Shown: positions 19,530-30,779, counted from the first letter of the stretch. The stretch: 64,000 bases of DNA from Candidatus Scatovivens sp. (GCA_045646345.1 JAZRKN010000005.1:1-64000), one strand, 5' to 3'. Numbers and translations: made by a program. The notes: generated from the letters alone by a model not told the origin.

Positions 19530-19548
19530 TTTTATAGCATCTCTTATT

Positions 19549-21876
19549 TTATATACTAAATTTTAATTCTCCATTTTCCATATAACCATGAATTGTTTGG
19601 CCTGAAATAACATCGCCTCTTAAAAGCATTTCTGCAATTTCGTCTTCAACTAATTTTTGTATTGCTCTTCTTAAAGGTCTAGCACCATACTTTAAGTCTG
19701 TTCCTTTTTTGGCAATATATTCTTTAGCTTCATTGTTTAAGCTTAAGTAAATTTCTTTATTAGCTAATGCTTCTTGGGTTTTGGCAAGAAGTAAGTCAAC
19801 GATTTGTAATAGTTCTTGTTCTGTTAAAGAATTGAATACAATAACTTCATCAACTCTATTTAAGAATTCTGGTCTAAATAAATCCTTTAATGCACCTAAC
19901 ATTTTATCTTTATTCATGATTGATTGATTTCCAAAACCAATTGAATTGTTATTTAAATTTGAGCCAGCATTTGAAGTCATAATTATTATTGTATTTTCAA
20001 AATTAACTGTATTTCCTTGTGCGTCTGTTAATTTTCCATCATCTAATACTTGTAATAAGATATTAAATACATCTGGATGGGCTTTTTCAATTTCATCAAA
20101 TAGAAGAATTGAGTAAGGTCTTCTTTTAACTTTTTCTGTTAATTGACCAGCATCATCATAACCAACATATCCAGGAGGAGATCCAATCAATTTTGAAGTA
20201 GAATGACTTTCCATAAATTCTGACATATCTACTCTAATTATATTGTCTTCACTACCAAACATTTCGAAAGCTAAAGCTTTTGCAAGTTCTGTTTTACCAA
20301 CACCTGTTGGACCAACAAAGATGAAAGAAGGTGGACGTTTTGTACTTTGAAGTCCTGCACGATTTCTTCTTATTGCTTTAGAAACAGCAGTTACAGCTTC
20401 GTCTTGAGAAATTATATGCTTATGAAGATTTGCTTCTAAGTTTAATAATTTTTGAGTTTCAGCTTCTGTGATTTTTGTAACTGGAATTTTTGTCCAACGT
20501 TCAATAACTTCAGCGATATCTTGAAGAGTAAGAACAGCTGGTTTTAAATCTCTTTCAATTTCTTCCATTCTTTGAATTAAAGTACATTCTTTAGTTTTTA
20601 GATCTGCTGCTTTTTGATATTCTTCGATAGAATCAGAAGAAACAGCTTCTTCTTTTTCTTCAGCAACTTTTTTTAATTCGTTTTTTATTAATTCAAGTTC
20701 AAATAACGCTTTGTTTTTTAGGTTAATTTTTGAACATGCTTCATCGATTAAATCAATAGCTTTGTCTGGAAGGAATCTGTCATGAATATATTTTTCAGAC
20801 ATTTTAACTGTTCTTTCAATAATATCTGGAGTAACAGTTACTTTATGGAATTCTTCATAATATTTTTTGATTCCTTTTATAATTTCGATTGTGTCGTCAA
20901 TTGAAGGTTCTTCAACAATTATTGGTTGAAATCTTCTTTCTAAAGCTGAATCTTTTTCTATATATTTTCTATATTCTTTTAGAGTTGTTGTTCCTATTAA
21001 TTGAATTTCACCATTAGATAGAGAAGGCTTTAATATATTTGCAGCGTTCATAGAATGTTCTGCGTCACCCGCACCAATAATGTTATGGATTTCATCTATT
21101 ACTAAGATTATATTTCCATAAGTTTTACATTCATCAACCAATGATTTCATTCTCGCTTCGAATTGTCCTCTAAATTGAGTACCTGCAATAATAGCTGTCA
21201 TATCAAGTAAATAAACTTCTTTGTTTAATAGTTTTGCTGGTACTTCTTGGTTAGCGATTTTTATAGCTAAACCTTGAGCAATAGCTGTTTTACCAACACC
21301 AGGTTCACCAATTAAACAAGGATTATTTTTTGAACGTCTATTTAAAATTTGAATCATTCTTTCAATTTCTTGTTCTCTACCAATTACAATATCTAATAAA
21401 CCATTTTTTGCTTTGTCTGTTAAGTTTGTTCCAAAAGTATCTAAGAATTTTTTCTTTTTATTCTTTTCTTTTTTTTGAACTTTTACAGTTTTTCCAGAAG
21501 ATGATTCTTGTGATTCTTCTTGAGTAGAATCTTGAGGGTTTGATGCTTTGAAAATACCAAAAATATTTTTAATTGGATTTTCATCTCCATCAAATGAATT
21601 TTCCATTTTTTCAAGATTTTCTATATCTTCTGAAGTTATACCTAAAGCTTCAAGATTCATGTTTTCTGAAAAATCTTTTAAGATATTTTCAAATTGGTTA
21701 GACATATCTTCAAGTTCTTCATTAGAGATATTTGCATTTTTTGCTAAAACTTCAAGAGGATTAATTCCTTTTTCTTTGGCACAGTTATAACAAAGTCCTT
21801 CAACTGTTTTTTTACCATTTTCAATTTTATTTAAGAACACAACTGCTGTGTTTTTATTACATACTGAACATATCAT
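19549..21876 (-). CDS. Clp ATPase, ClpE/ClpC-like, with N-terminal zinc-binding motif
   Basis: CSVC...CYNC; two Walker A motifs (GEPGVGKT, GPTGVGKT); GSPPGYVGY; UVR coiled coil. Confidence 0.92.
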   Translation of the reverse strand: MICSVCNKNTAVVFLNKIENGKKTVEGLCYNCAKEKGINPLEVLAKNANISNEELEDMSNQFENILKDFSENMNLEALGITSEDIENLEKMENSFDGDENPIKNIFGIFKASNPQDSTQEESQESSSGKTVKVQKKEKNKKKKFLDTFGTNLTDKAKNGLLDIVIGREQEIERMIQILNRRSKNNPCLIGEPGVGKTAIAQGLAIKIANQEVPAKLLNKEVYLLDMTAIIAGTQFRGQFEARMKSLVDECKTYGNIILVIDEIHNIIGAGDAEHSMNAANILKPSLSNGEIQLIGTTTLKEYRKYIEKDSALERRFQPIIVEEPSIDDTIEIIKGIKKYYEEFHKVTVTPDIIERTVKMSEKYIHDRFLPDKAIDLIDEACSKINLKNKALFELELIKNELKKVAEEKEEAVSSDSIEEYQKAADLKTKECTLIQRMEEIERDLKPAVLTLQDIAEVIERWTKIPVTKITEAETQKLLNLEANLHKHIISQDEAVTAVSKAIRRNRAGLQSTKRPPSFIFVGPTGVGKTELAKALAFEMFGSEDNIIRVDMSEFMESHSTSKLIGSPPGYVGYDDAGQLTEKVKRRPYSILLFDEIEKAHPDVFNILLQVLDDGKLTDAQGNTVNFENTIIIMTSNAGSNLNNNSIGFGNQSIMNKDKMLGALKDLFRPEFLNRVDEVIVFNSLTEQELLQIVDLLLAKTQEALANKEIYLSLNNEAKEYIAKKGTDLKYGARPLRRAIQKLVEDEIAEMLLRGDVISGQTIHGYMENGELKFSI

Positions 21877-22164
21877 TTGTTTTCTCCTTTAGAATTAATA
21901 TATTTAAGTTAAAAATTATATAAATTTTAAATTCTATAGACATAATCATACAATATTTTTTTTATATAGTCAATGGATTTTTAATCTAAAATTTGCCCAA
22001 ATAATACAAATTACAGAAGAAAAATTAGCAATGTAGCTTATTGAGTGCTATTGGGAAAAAGTATAAATTTCAAGAGATTTTGAAAAGAATTAAATTTGTA
22101 TAAATAATTGATATTTTTCAACATAAGTGCTATAATGAAGCTAATTTATGAGAAGGAGATTCAA

Positions 22165-23052
22165 ATGAAAAGAGCGTTAAGAAGATTTGTAAGTTCATTA
22201 ACTGGAACTAAAAAATATGTTTTTTTTACAGTACTTGCTTTAATTTGTGTAATGTCTATATGTTTAGGAATCTACACACAGTTTTTTTATAAATATTCTG
22301 ATACGGATCCGTTAATGTTAGGAATAAATATTGGAAGTAAAAAAACAGCAGAAGAGCTTCTTATTTTAAAAGCAGATTTTGATAATTTATTTAAAAATTC
22401 AATTATAATAAATAGTGAAAATGTAAGAGTAGATAGAATAGAAAGTTCTAAGGATTTAGTTTATACAGGTTATAATCTATTAAATGAAGATGAAAATTTC
22501 TATAGTGTAAACGCTCAAATTCCAATTTTAAATATAGATACTGATGAAGCGAAGAAAATAAATGCTGAGATAAAAAAAGAATTTTATGATCTTGCAAATA
22601 GTGTAATGAGAAAAACAGAAGGTAATACAGTATATTCTGTTACATATGCATCATTTGTGAATGAGGATATATTATCTATAGTGGTAAAATCATCTTTAAA
22701 AGAAGCTGGAAAAGCTGAAAAAGAAATTGTTAAAACATATTGTTATAGTTTACCAGAAAAGAGAATACTTACATTACAAGATGTTCTTAATTACACAGAC
22801 ATTTTATCTGCAAAAGGTTTAACATTAGAATCGATGCAAACAACAATAAATGATGAAATTAAAAAAGCATATAATAATGCATTAATATTAGCGGCTGATT
22901 ATGGAACTCTGTATGAAAGAGATTTAGCTAGTGATATTTATAAATTAGAAAACACAAGTAATTTCTTTTTAACAGAGGACGGATATTTATATATTGTATA
23001 TGCTTATGGTAATAATGATTATACAAATGAAATGGATTTAATAATTTTCTAA
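22165..23052 (+). CDS. Membrane-anchored hypothetical protein (DUF3298/RsiV-like fold possible)
   Basis: AAGGAG before ATG 22165; one TM; IPILN...IN.EI and NFFLTEDG patterns. Confidence 0.55.
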   Translation: MKRALRRFVSSLTGTKKYVFFTVLALICVMSICLGIYTQFFYKYSDTDPLMLGINIGSKKTAEELLILKADFDNLFKNSIIINSENVRVDRIESSKDLVYTGYNLLNEDENFYSVNAQIPILNIDTDEAKKINAEIKKEFYDLANSVMRKTEGNTVYSVTYASFVNEDILSIVVKSSLKEAGKAEKEIVKTYCYSLPEKRILTLQDVLNYTDILSAKGLTLESMQTTINDEIKKAYNNALILAADYGTLYERDLASDIYKLENTSNFFLTEDGYLYIVYAYGNNDYTNEMDLIIF

Positions 23053-23066
23053 TAGGAGGAGTTTAG

Positions 23067-24302
23067 TTGAAAAAAATTAGAATAGTACTTATTGTTTGTT
23101 TACTAATGATAAGCGTGATAGAGTTAAATGTAAATGCAACAGAAGTTGCGGCGGATAATCAAGCTGCACAACCAACTGAAACAGAATTAACAGCTAATGC
23201 AGAACTTGTGGAAAATAATGAGACATTAATAAATACATATGGAAAAATAGTGGATACTCAAGAAGTAAAAGATGTTCAAAATGGTTCTGTTAAAGAAAAA
23301 ATACAAGTAGTAACTGTAGAAATTACAGAAGGTGATTATATTGGAGAAGAATTTACAACAGATTATGTATTATCATATGATATTGATGGTAAAATTCTAG
23401 CATACGAATTAGAAGAAGGAGACGATGTATCTGTTCAAATTGTTGAAGAATCAGATGGAACAACTTCAGCAACGGTGTTAGATGTTGTTAGAGCTCCATA
23501 TATTACTTGGATGTTTGTATTATTTTTAACAATAGTAATTATAGTTGGTGGCAAAAAAGGTGTTAAAGCTATATTAGGATTAATTTTTACTATAGTATTG
23601 ATTTATTTTATTATGGTAAAAGGGATTTTTAAAGGAGATCATGCAATTAAAAATTCTATAATTACATCAATTTTAGTAATTACAGGAACATTCATAATAA
23701 TAGGAGATGGAATAAACAAAAAAATATTAACTGCAGCAATAGGAACTTTTGGTGGTGTAATATCTGCAGGAATATTTGCCTTAATATTTAATAATTTAGC
23801 TAAATTAACAGGTGCTGGAGAAGATGCAATTCAATTAAGTATAAATATGACTGCAATTAATTTTAATTTTAGACAATTATTATTTGCAGGAATTATAGTT
23901 TCAGCGTTAGGTGCTTGTATGGACGTTGGAATGTCAATTGCATCAAGTTTAGATGAAATTAAAATAAAAAATCCAGATATAACATGGCAAGAATTATTAA
24001 AAAGTGGTATGAATATAGGTAGAGATGTTATTGGAACAATGACTAATACGTTGATATTGGCTTATGTAGGTGGGTCACTAAACTTGATATTATTATTCAT
24101 GGCTTCAGATATGAATTTGTATGAAATATTAAATAAAGAAACAATAGCAGAACAAATAATTTCTGCTATTGCAGGAAGTATTGGTGTTGTATGTACAGTC
24201 CCAATCACTTCACTTGTATATTCTGTTTTGAATAGAGATAGAGTAGTATATAGAAAAACTTCAGAAAATAAATTAAATGGTAAAAGAAGTTTGAAAATAT
24301 AG
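23067..24302 (+). CDS. YibE/F family membrane protein
   Basis: LGACMDVGMSIAS, GRDVIGTMTNTLILAYVG. Confidence 0.88.
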   Translation: MKKIRIVLIVCLLMISVIELNVNATEVAADNQAAQPTETELTANAELVENNETLINTYGKIVDTQEVKDVQNGSVKEKIQVVTVEITEGDYIGEEFTTDYVLSYDIDGKILAYELEEGDDVSVQIVEESDGTTSATVLDVVRAPYITWMFVLFLTIVIIVGGKKGVKAILGLIFTIVLIYFIMVKGIFKGDHAIKNSIITSILVITGTFIIIGDGINKKILTAAIGTFGGVISAGIFALIFNNLAKLTGAGEDAIQLSINMTAINFNFRQLLFAGIIVSALGACMDVGMSIASSLDEIKIKNPDITWQELLKSGMNIGRDVIGTMTNTLILAYVGGSLNLILLFMASDMNLYEILNKETIAEQIISAIAGSIGVVCTVPITSLVYSVLNRDRVVYRKTSENKLNGKRSLKI

Positions 24303-24358
24303 TTTTAAGAGAGCCTAAATTGTTTTGATACAATTTGGGCTTTTATTTGGAGAAGTTT

Positions 24359-25951
24359 ATGAAAGAAAAAGTTATTGAATTATTAAAATCATTAAAAAGA
24401 CAATTTGTAGAAATAAGAAATGAATTTAGTAAAATTATAGAATATTGTGAAAGTAAAACATTTTTGTTACTAATTACATTTATTATTTTAATTGTTTGCC
24501 ACGGTTATTTATTATTTAATTCGAATGTTGGAATAGATACTGATGTATTTGTCAATAATCCAGAAAATAATTATAATTGGATGGAAATTGGAAGATTTGG
24601 ATTAATAATAGAAAAAAATATATTAAATTTAAAATTTTTTAATATGTTTTATGCAGAAGCTTTAACGATAGTATTTTTATTTTTGTTTTGTGTTTTATGT
24701 TATTACACGATATACAGATTATCTGGTAAAGATTTTAAAAATTTAAACTTAATATTACCTTTTATATGTTTTACTAATCCAATATGGGCAGAAGCATTTA
24801 TTTTTGTTATTCAAATAGCAGAAATATCTTTTGCCTTGATGTTGATTGTTTTAGCCAATTTATTTATATATAAAGGTGCATTAGATGAAAATATACTATC
24901 AACAATAATAGGGTGCTGTTTATTATTTCTGGCAATGGCAACTTATCAGTCATTTATGGTTGTATATATTGCGATTTGTATAGTAAGTTTTATATTAGTA
25001 ATGGAAAATGAAGATATAAAAGAAGAAAAATTTTCAATGTTAAAACTTGCGTTATTTGTAGCAATTACATTTATACTTACTTTTACAATATATCAAATTA
25101 CTTTGAAAGCATTGAAGATAGAAAATACATATTTAATTAATGCATGGAAAACTACAACTTCCAAAAGAGATGTGCTAAAAAATATTTATTATCATTGCAA
25201 AGCGATAATATTTGGAGAAGGGTTGTTTTATAATTTAGGATTAATAATTTCCCTTATAGGAATAGGAATAATAGGAATATATAATTCTATAAAAAATAAG
25301 AAGAATACAAATCTGTTTTTGAAAGTTATATACTATTGCGTATATTTAGCTTTTTGTATGACTCCATTTTTACTAACAATATATGTAGGACAAAATAGTG
25401 TTGTAAGAGCAGAAATATATCTTCCGATAATACAAGCTTTAGCGACTTTATATTGTGTATATTTTATAAAAATAAAAATTAATAATTCATTAATAAATTT
25501 ACTTTTAATTATTAGCATATGTTACTTAGGTATGAATCAGACTTACTATTTAGAGTCATTATATTATACAGATTATTTAACAAGAGAAAGAGACAAAGAA
25601 CTAGTTTATCAAATTGGACATGATATAGCAGAAGCAGGAGCAGAATTAGAAGATAAATTGTATTTTTATGGACATTATAATGGTTTGGACAATAATTCTA
25701 TAATAAGAGGACAATTAATAGGCACATCAGCATTTGAATATGCACATACAACTGATCCAATGTATTATTGGTCTTCACAAACAATAGTATATTTGCTTAG
25801 AGCATATGGCTATAAGTATAATTGGGTTCCAGCAGATATGGCAAGACAAGCAAGAGAAATAGCTGCACCAGAAACCGTTCCATGGTGGCCAGAAAAAGAG
25901 GGAATAATAAAATGTGATGGTTATTGGATAATAAAAATAAATCCATTTTAA
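24359..25951 (+). CDS. GtrII-type glucosyltransferase membrane protein
   Basis: GIDTD, W..IGRFG, YQS motifs; many TMs. Confidence 0.7.
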   Translation: MKEKVIELLKSLKRQFVEIRNEFSKIIEYCESKTFLLLITFIILIVCHGYLLFNSNVGIDTDVFVNNPENNYNWMEIGRFGLIIEKNILNLKFFNMFYAEALTIVFLFLFCVLCYYTIYRLSGKDFKNLNLILPFICFTNPIWAEAFIFVIQIAEISFALMLIVLANLFIYKGALDENILSTIIGCCLLFLAMATYQSFMVVYIAICIVSFILVMENEDIKEEKFSMLKLALFVAITFILTFTIYQITLKALKIENTYLINAWKTTTSKRDVLKNIYYHCKAIIFGEGLFYNLGLIISLIGIGIIGIYNSIKNKKNTNLFLKVIYYCVYLAFCMTPFLLTIYVGQNSVVRAEIYLPIIQALATLYCVYFIKIKINNSLINLLLIISICYLGMNQTYYLESLYYTDYLTRERDKELVYQIGHDIAEAGAELEDKLYFYGHYNGLDNNSIIRGQLIGTSAFEYAHTTDPMYYWSSQTIVYLLRAYGYKYNWVPADMARQAREIAAPETVPWWPEKEGIIKCDGYWIIKINPF

Positions 25952-25990
25952 AATAAAAAAAGAAACCGTTAAGGTTTCTTTTTTATTTTT

Positions 25991-27283
25991 TTATCTAAAG
26001 AAATCAAATATACTTCCTCCAGAATTTCCTTGAGAAGGAGTTGTTTGAACTGGAGTTTTTGTTTCTGTAGTTGCCTCAGTTGGTAATTCGGCAAGAATGA
26101 TATTTAATTCTAATGTTTCACCATTTCTATAAACTGTTAATTTTACTGTATCACCAATTTTATAATTATATTTAATTTTATTTAATTCGTTTACTGATTT
26201 TACATTTTGATTTTCTATTTTTGTTATTATATCTGCTTGTTGTAATCCTGCAGATGCAGCAGGAGAGTTCTCTTCAACTTCTTCAACATAAATACCCTCA
26301 GGAAGATTATATCTTTTTGCTGTAGTACTATCTACTGAAGAACCAAGAATTCCTATATAAGGTCTTTTTACTGATTGGAATTCTATTAATTGATCAATAA
26401 TAGTTGTTGCAGAAGATATAGGAATAGCAAATCCAATTCCTTCAATTCCTGTTCCAGCAAATTTCATTGTATTAATACCAATTAATTCTCCTTTAGCATT
26501 TACTAATGCACCACCACTATTACCAGAATTTATTGCGGCGTCTGTTTGAATTGCTGTGAATGTAGAACCTTCACTTTCAAGTTCTCTATCAATAGCACTT
26601 ACAATACCGCTAGTTACAGAGTAATCCATTCCAAGTGGATTTCCAACTGCCATTACAAATTCGCCAACTTTAACTGAATTTGAATCGCCGATTGTAATTG
26701 GTTTAAGATCTTTTTTTTCTATTTTTAAGACAGCTAAATCTGTATATGCGTCAGTTCCAATTATTTTTGCTTCATAATTTTCTTGATCACCATAAACATT
26801 AACTTTTATTCCTGTAGCTTCAGCAATAGTGAACGATGAAGATGTGTCTGAATTGATAACGTGGTTGTTAGTAACAATATAACCGTCTTCTGAAACTATT
26901 ATTCCAGAACCAGTTGCTTCACCAGTAGAACTTCCACCAAAGAATGAACTGATTTGATAAGTAACTGTTATACCAACAACTGATGGTAAAGTTTTTTCAG
27001 CAACAGAAACTGCCGTGTTTGAGTAATCTGCAATATTTATTAAACTTGTTGTTTGGTCTTTAGAAGTGTTAGCGGTAGTTATTGTTTGAAAACTAAAACC
27101 ATTAAGTAATTTTGATTTTATAGTAGGAACTCCAAAACATGTTCCGATTACTAAAGTTGATCCTATAACTCCAGATAGAAAAGGAATAACAACTGTTTTT
27201 CCAAATCCACAACTAGAACGTTTTGAAGAACTTTTTCTGAAATGATTATCTTGACTAAAATTAAATTCGTTTTCGTTATTCAT
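25991..27283 (-). CDS. htrA: HtrA serine protease with PDZ domain
   Basis: TNNHV, DLAV, QTDAAINSGNSGG; PDZ domain. Confidence 0.93.
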   Translation of the reverse strand: MNNENEFNFSQDNHFRKSSSKRSSCGFGKTVVIPFLSGVIGSTLVIGTCFGVPTIKSKLLNGFSFQTITTANTSKDQTTSLINIADYSNTAVSVAEKTLPSVVGITVTYQISSFFGGSSTGEATGSGIIVSEDGYIVTNNHVINSDTSSSFTIAEATGIKVNVYGDQENYEAKIIGTDAYTDLAVLKIEKKDLKPITIGDSNSVKVGEFVMAVGNPLGMDYSVTSGIVSAIDRELESEGSTFTAIQTDAAINSGNSGGALVNAKGELIGINTMKFAGTGIEGIGFAIPISSATTIIDQLIEFQSVKRPYIGILGSSVDSTTAKRYNLPEGIYVEEVEENSPAASAGLQQADIITKIENQNVKSVNELNKIKYNYKIGDTVKLTVYRNGETLELNIILAELPTEATTETKTPVQTTPSQGNSGGSIFDFFR

Positions 27284-27506
27284 ATTGTACCTCCATAATA
27301 ATTTTATCTTAATATATAATAACGCAAAAAATATTCAGACACAATAGAAATATTAAGAAAAAATTTAATTTTGTGTTGAAATATTTTCCTTGTATAGATA
27401 TAATAACTTTATGAAATTAAATTAAAATTGAATGAAACAAAAGATAAAATTATAAATTTATTAAAAATAGATATAATATAAAAATCAGAATGTAGAAGGC
27501 GAAAAA

Positions 27507-28136
27507 ATGAAAGAAAAAGAGATAGAAAGATTAAATTTGCTTAAAGAAGAGGAATTAAAATTATATGAAAATAATATAGAGTTTATATGTGGAATTGATG
27601 AAGCAGGAAGAGGACCACTAGCGGGACCAGTTGTTGTTGGAGCAGTAATCCTTCCAAAAGATTCTTTTATCGAAGGAGTAAATGATTCAAAAAAAATCTC
27701 TGAGAAAAAAAGAGAAAAAATATATGATCAAATTTTAGAAGAAGCTATTAGTTATAGTGTTGGAATTGTTGATCAAAAAACTATAGATGAAATTAATATT
27801 TTGAATGCAACAAAATTAGGGGTAAAAATTGCATTAGAAGGATTAAAACAAAAACCTGACGTAATAATGGTTGATGCTTTAACTAATATGGATACTTTAG
27901 GGATTCCTTATATATCAGTTGTAAAAGGAGATGCAAAAAATTATTCAATAGCAGCAGCTTCAATTATAGCAAAAGTAACTAGGGATAGAATAATGAAAGA
28001 ATGGGATGAAATTTATCCAATATATGGTTTTTCAAAGCATAAAGGATATGGTACTGCAGAACACATAAGAATAATAAAAGAAAACGGACCATGTATTTTA
28101 CATAGAAAAAGTTTTATAAAAAATTTTGTTAAATAA
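27507..28136 (+). CDS. rnhB: Ribonuclease HII
   Basis: GIDEAGRGPLAGPV, DSKK, IAAASIIAKV. Confidence 0.96.
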   Translation: MKEKEIERLNLLKEEELKLYENNIEFICGIDEAGRGPLAGPVVVGAVILPKDSFIEGVNDSKKISEKKREKIYDQILEEAISYSVGIVDQKTIDEINILNATKLGVKIALEGLKQKPDVIMVDALTNMDTLGIPYISVVKGDAKNYSIAAASIIAKVTRDRIMKEWDEIYPIYGFSKHKGYGTAEHIRIIKENGPCILHRKSFIKNFVK

Positions 28137-28163
28137 ATATACTAAAGAAAGGAAGAGAGTAGG

Positions 28164-29468
28164 ATGGATATTAAAAGTATCATTCGTAAAAAAAGAGTAA
28201 AACAAGAATTAACAAAAGAAGAAATAAGATATTTTGTTAGCAAATTAGTAAGAGGAGAAATAACTGAATCTCAAGCATCTGCAGTATTAAGTTATATCTA
28301 CATTAATGGTCTTACAGAAGATGAAATTCTTTATTTGAGTGTTGCGATGGCTGAATCAGGAGATATGATTGATCTATCAGATATTGCAGAAAATATTGTA
28401 GATAAACATGCTACAGGTGGAATTGGAGATAAAGCTACAATTCTATTAATGCCAATACTTGCTTCTTTAGATATTCCTGTTGCTAAAGTTTCTAGTAGAG
28501 GATATGGAGTTTCAGGAGGAACTATAGATAAACTAGAATCAATACCAGGTTTTCAAACAGATCTTACAGTAGATGAATTTAAACAAAATTTAAGAGATGT
28601 TGGTGTTTGTATAATGAATCAAGGTTTAAACTTTGCACCAGCTGAAGGAAAAATATATAAATTAAGAAATGAAGTTGCTTGTGAAAATAGTCTTCCAATA
28701 ATTGCTGCAAGTTTAATGAGTTTAAAAGTTGCAACTGGAAGTAATAAAATAGTATTTGATATAACATGTGGTAAAGGAACTTATATAAAAACACATGAAG
28801 AAGCTAAAAGATTAGCTAAATTATTAGTTAGATTAGGAAAAGCATTAGGAAAAGATACAGCGTGTGTTATAACAGATATGAATCAACCAGTAGGGTATTC
28901 AATTGGTCATAACTTAGAAATGAAAGAAACTATAATGGCTTTAAGAGGAATCATTTCCACAGATTTAGGGGATGTCGTTGAAGCTTTAGGAAGTATAATG
29001 ATTTCTTTGGCTACAGATAACAAAGATTTAAATGCTAATGCAAATATGATAAAAGAAGTCATGAAAACAGGTAAAGCTTACGAAAAATTTAAGGAAATGG
29101 TTGCAGCGCAAGGTGGAGATGTAGAATATATTGAAAATCCAGAATTGTTAGAAAAATCAAAATATATAATGCCTGTATTATCTACAGAATCAGGAACTGT
29201 TGAAGCGATAGATGCAGATATGGTTGGAAGTATTGCTAGATACTTAGGTGCAGGAAGAATGCAAGATTCTGGACAAATAAACAGAACAGCAGGAATTACT
29301 ATTAACAAAAAAATTGGTGATAGTGTAACTGTTGGAGAAACGTTAGCTTATATTCATACAGATGAAGATTCTAAAATAAATGGAACAACACAAAACTTAA
29401 AAGAAGCATTTACAATAACAAATAAAAAATTAAACATGAAATCAAGAGTTTTAGAAATTATAAAATAA
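28164..29468 (+). CDS. Pyrimidine-nucleoside phosphorylase paralogue, divergent active site
   Basis: DKHATGGIGDK, GGTIDKLES; full-length NP-II fold. Confidence 0.85.
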   Translation: MDIKSIIRKKRVKQELTKEEIRYFVSKLVRGEITESQASAVLSYIYINGLTEDEILYLSVAMAESGDMIDLSDIAENIVDKHATGGIGDKATILLMPILASLDIPVAKVSSRGYGVSGGTIDKLESIPGFQTDLTVDEFKQNLRDVGVCIMNQGLNFAPAEGKIYKLRNEVACENSLPIIAASLMSLKVATGSNKIVFDITCGKGTYIKTHEEAKRLAKLLVRLGKALGKDTACVITDMNQPVGYSIGHNLEMKETIMALRGIISTDLGDVVEALGSIMISLATDNKDLNANANMIKEVMKTGKAYEKFKEMVAAQGGDVEYIENPELLEKSKYIMPVLSTESGTVEAIDADMVGSIARYLGAGRMQDSGQINRTAGITINKKIGDSVTVGETLAYIHTDEDSKINGTTQNLKEAFTITNKKLNMKSRVLEIIK

Positions 29469-29471
29469 GGA

Positions 29472-30779
29472 ATGAGTTTTATGAATATATTAGATATTAT
29501 TGAAAATAAAAAAGTTGGAAAAGAATTGTCAAATGAAGAAATTGAATTCTTTGTTGAAAATTATACCAATGGAAGTGTTACAGATTATCAAGCTGCAGCT
29601 TTGATAATGGCAATATGTATTAATGGAATGACCCAAGATGAAATTTTATCATTAACAACTGCAATGGCAAATTCTGGAGATATATTAGATTTAAGTGATA
29701 TTTCAGAAAATATTGTAGACAAACACTCAACAGGTGGAGTAGGGGACAAAGTTACATTAATTGTAGCTCCTATAATTGCTGCTCTAGGTATACCAGTTGC
29801 AAAAATGAGTGGAAGAGGACTTGGAATAACAGGAGGAACTGCAGATAAATTAGAATCAATTCCAGGTTATAATATAAATATTTCTATAGATGAATTTAAA
29901 CAAAATATAAAAGATATTGGAATAAGTTTAATAACTCAAACATTAAATTTAGCACCAGCAGATAAAAAAATTTATGCTTTAAGAGATACAATAAGCTGTA
30001 CAAATAGTATGCCTTTAATAGCATCAAGTATAATGAGTAAAAAGATAGCTGCAGGTGCAGGATCAATTGTATTAGATGTAACATGTGGAAGTGGAGCATT
30101 TATGAATACAAAAGAAGAGGCAAAAAAATTAGCTAAATTAATGGCTTTGATTGGAAAATTGGCAGGAAGAGAAACTGTATGTGTGTTAACTGATATGGAT
30201 GAACCTTTAGGCTATTCTGTAGGAAACACATTAGAAGTGATTGAAGCGATAAATGCTTTAAAAGGAAACATGGCTGAAGATGTTAAAGATGTTGTTTTGA
30301 ATTTGTCAATTCAAATGATGAATTTATCTGGTTTATATCCAAATCCATTGGAGAATAAATATAAAGTAATGGAAGTTATTGAAAATGGAAAAGCCTTTGA
30401 AAAATTTAGAGAGTTAGTTGAAAGACAAGGTGGAGACATATCATTTATTGATAACCCAGAAAAATTTGAAAAAGCTCCAATAATAATGCCAGTACTTGCA
30501 GAAGAAGATGGATATGTAGAAGAATTAAATGCTGGTAAAGTTGGAAAAGCAGGATTAGAACTTGGTATTGGAAGAAAACAAAAAGAAGATCCAATAGATT
30601 ATAGAGTTGGATTGATATTTAATAAAAAAGTAGGAGATCAAGTAAAAAGTGGAGATGTTCTAGCATATATACATGCAAATTCTGCTGAAAAAGCAATGGA
30701 ATGTGTTGAACAAATTAAAGATGCATATAAATTTGGAAATAGAAAAATTGTAAAGAAAAATATAATAGAAATTATATAA
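29472..30779 (+). CDS. pdp: Pyrimidine-nucleoside phosphorylase
   Basis: DKHSTGGVGDK, KMSGRGLG, APADKK, RD, SIMSKK. Confidence 0.93.
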   Translation: MSFMNILDIIENKKVGKELSNEEIEFFVENYTNGSVTDYQAAALIMAICINGMTQDEILSLTTAMANSGDILDLSDISENIVDKHSTGGVGDKVTLIVAPIIAALGIPVAKMSGRGLGITGGTADKLESIPGYNINISIDEFKQNIKDIGISLITQTLNLAPADKKIYALRDTISCTNSMPLIASSIMSKKIAAGAGSIVLDVTCGSGAFMNTKEEAKKLAKLMALIGKLAGRETVCVLTDMDEPLGYSVGNTLEVIEAINALKGNMAEDVKDVVLNLSIQMMNLSGLYPNPLENKYKVMEVIENGKAFEKFRELVERQGGDISFIDNPEKFEKAPIIMPVLAEEDGYVEELNAGKVGKAGLELGIGRKQKEDPIDYRVGLIFNKKVGDQVKSGDVLAYIHANSAEKAMECVEQIKDAYKFGNRKIVKKNIIEII

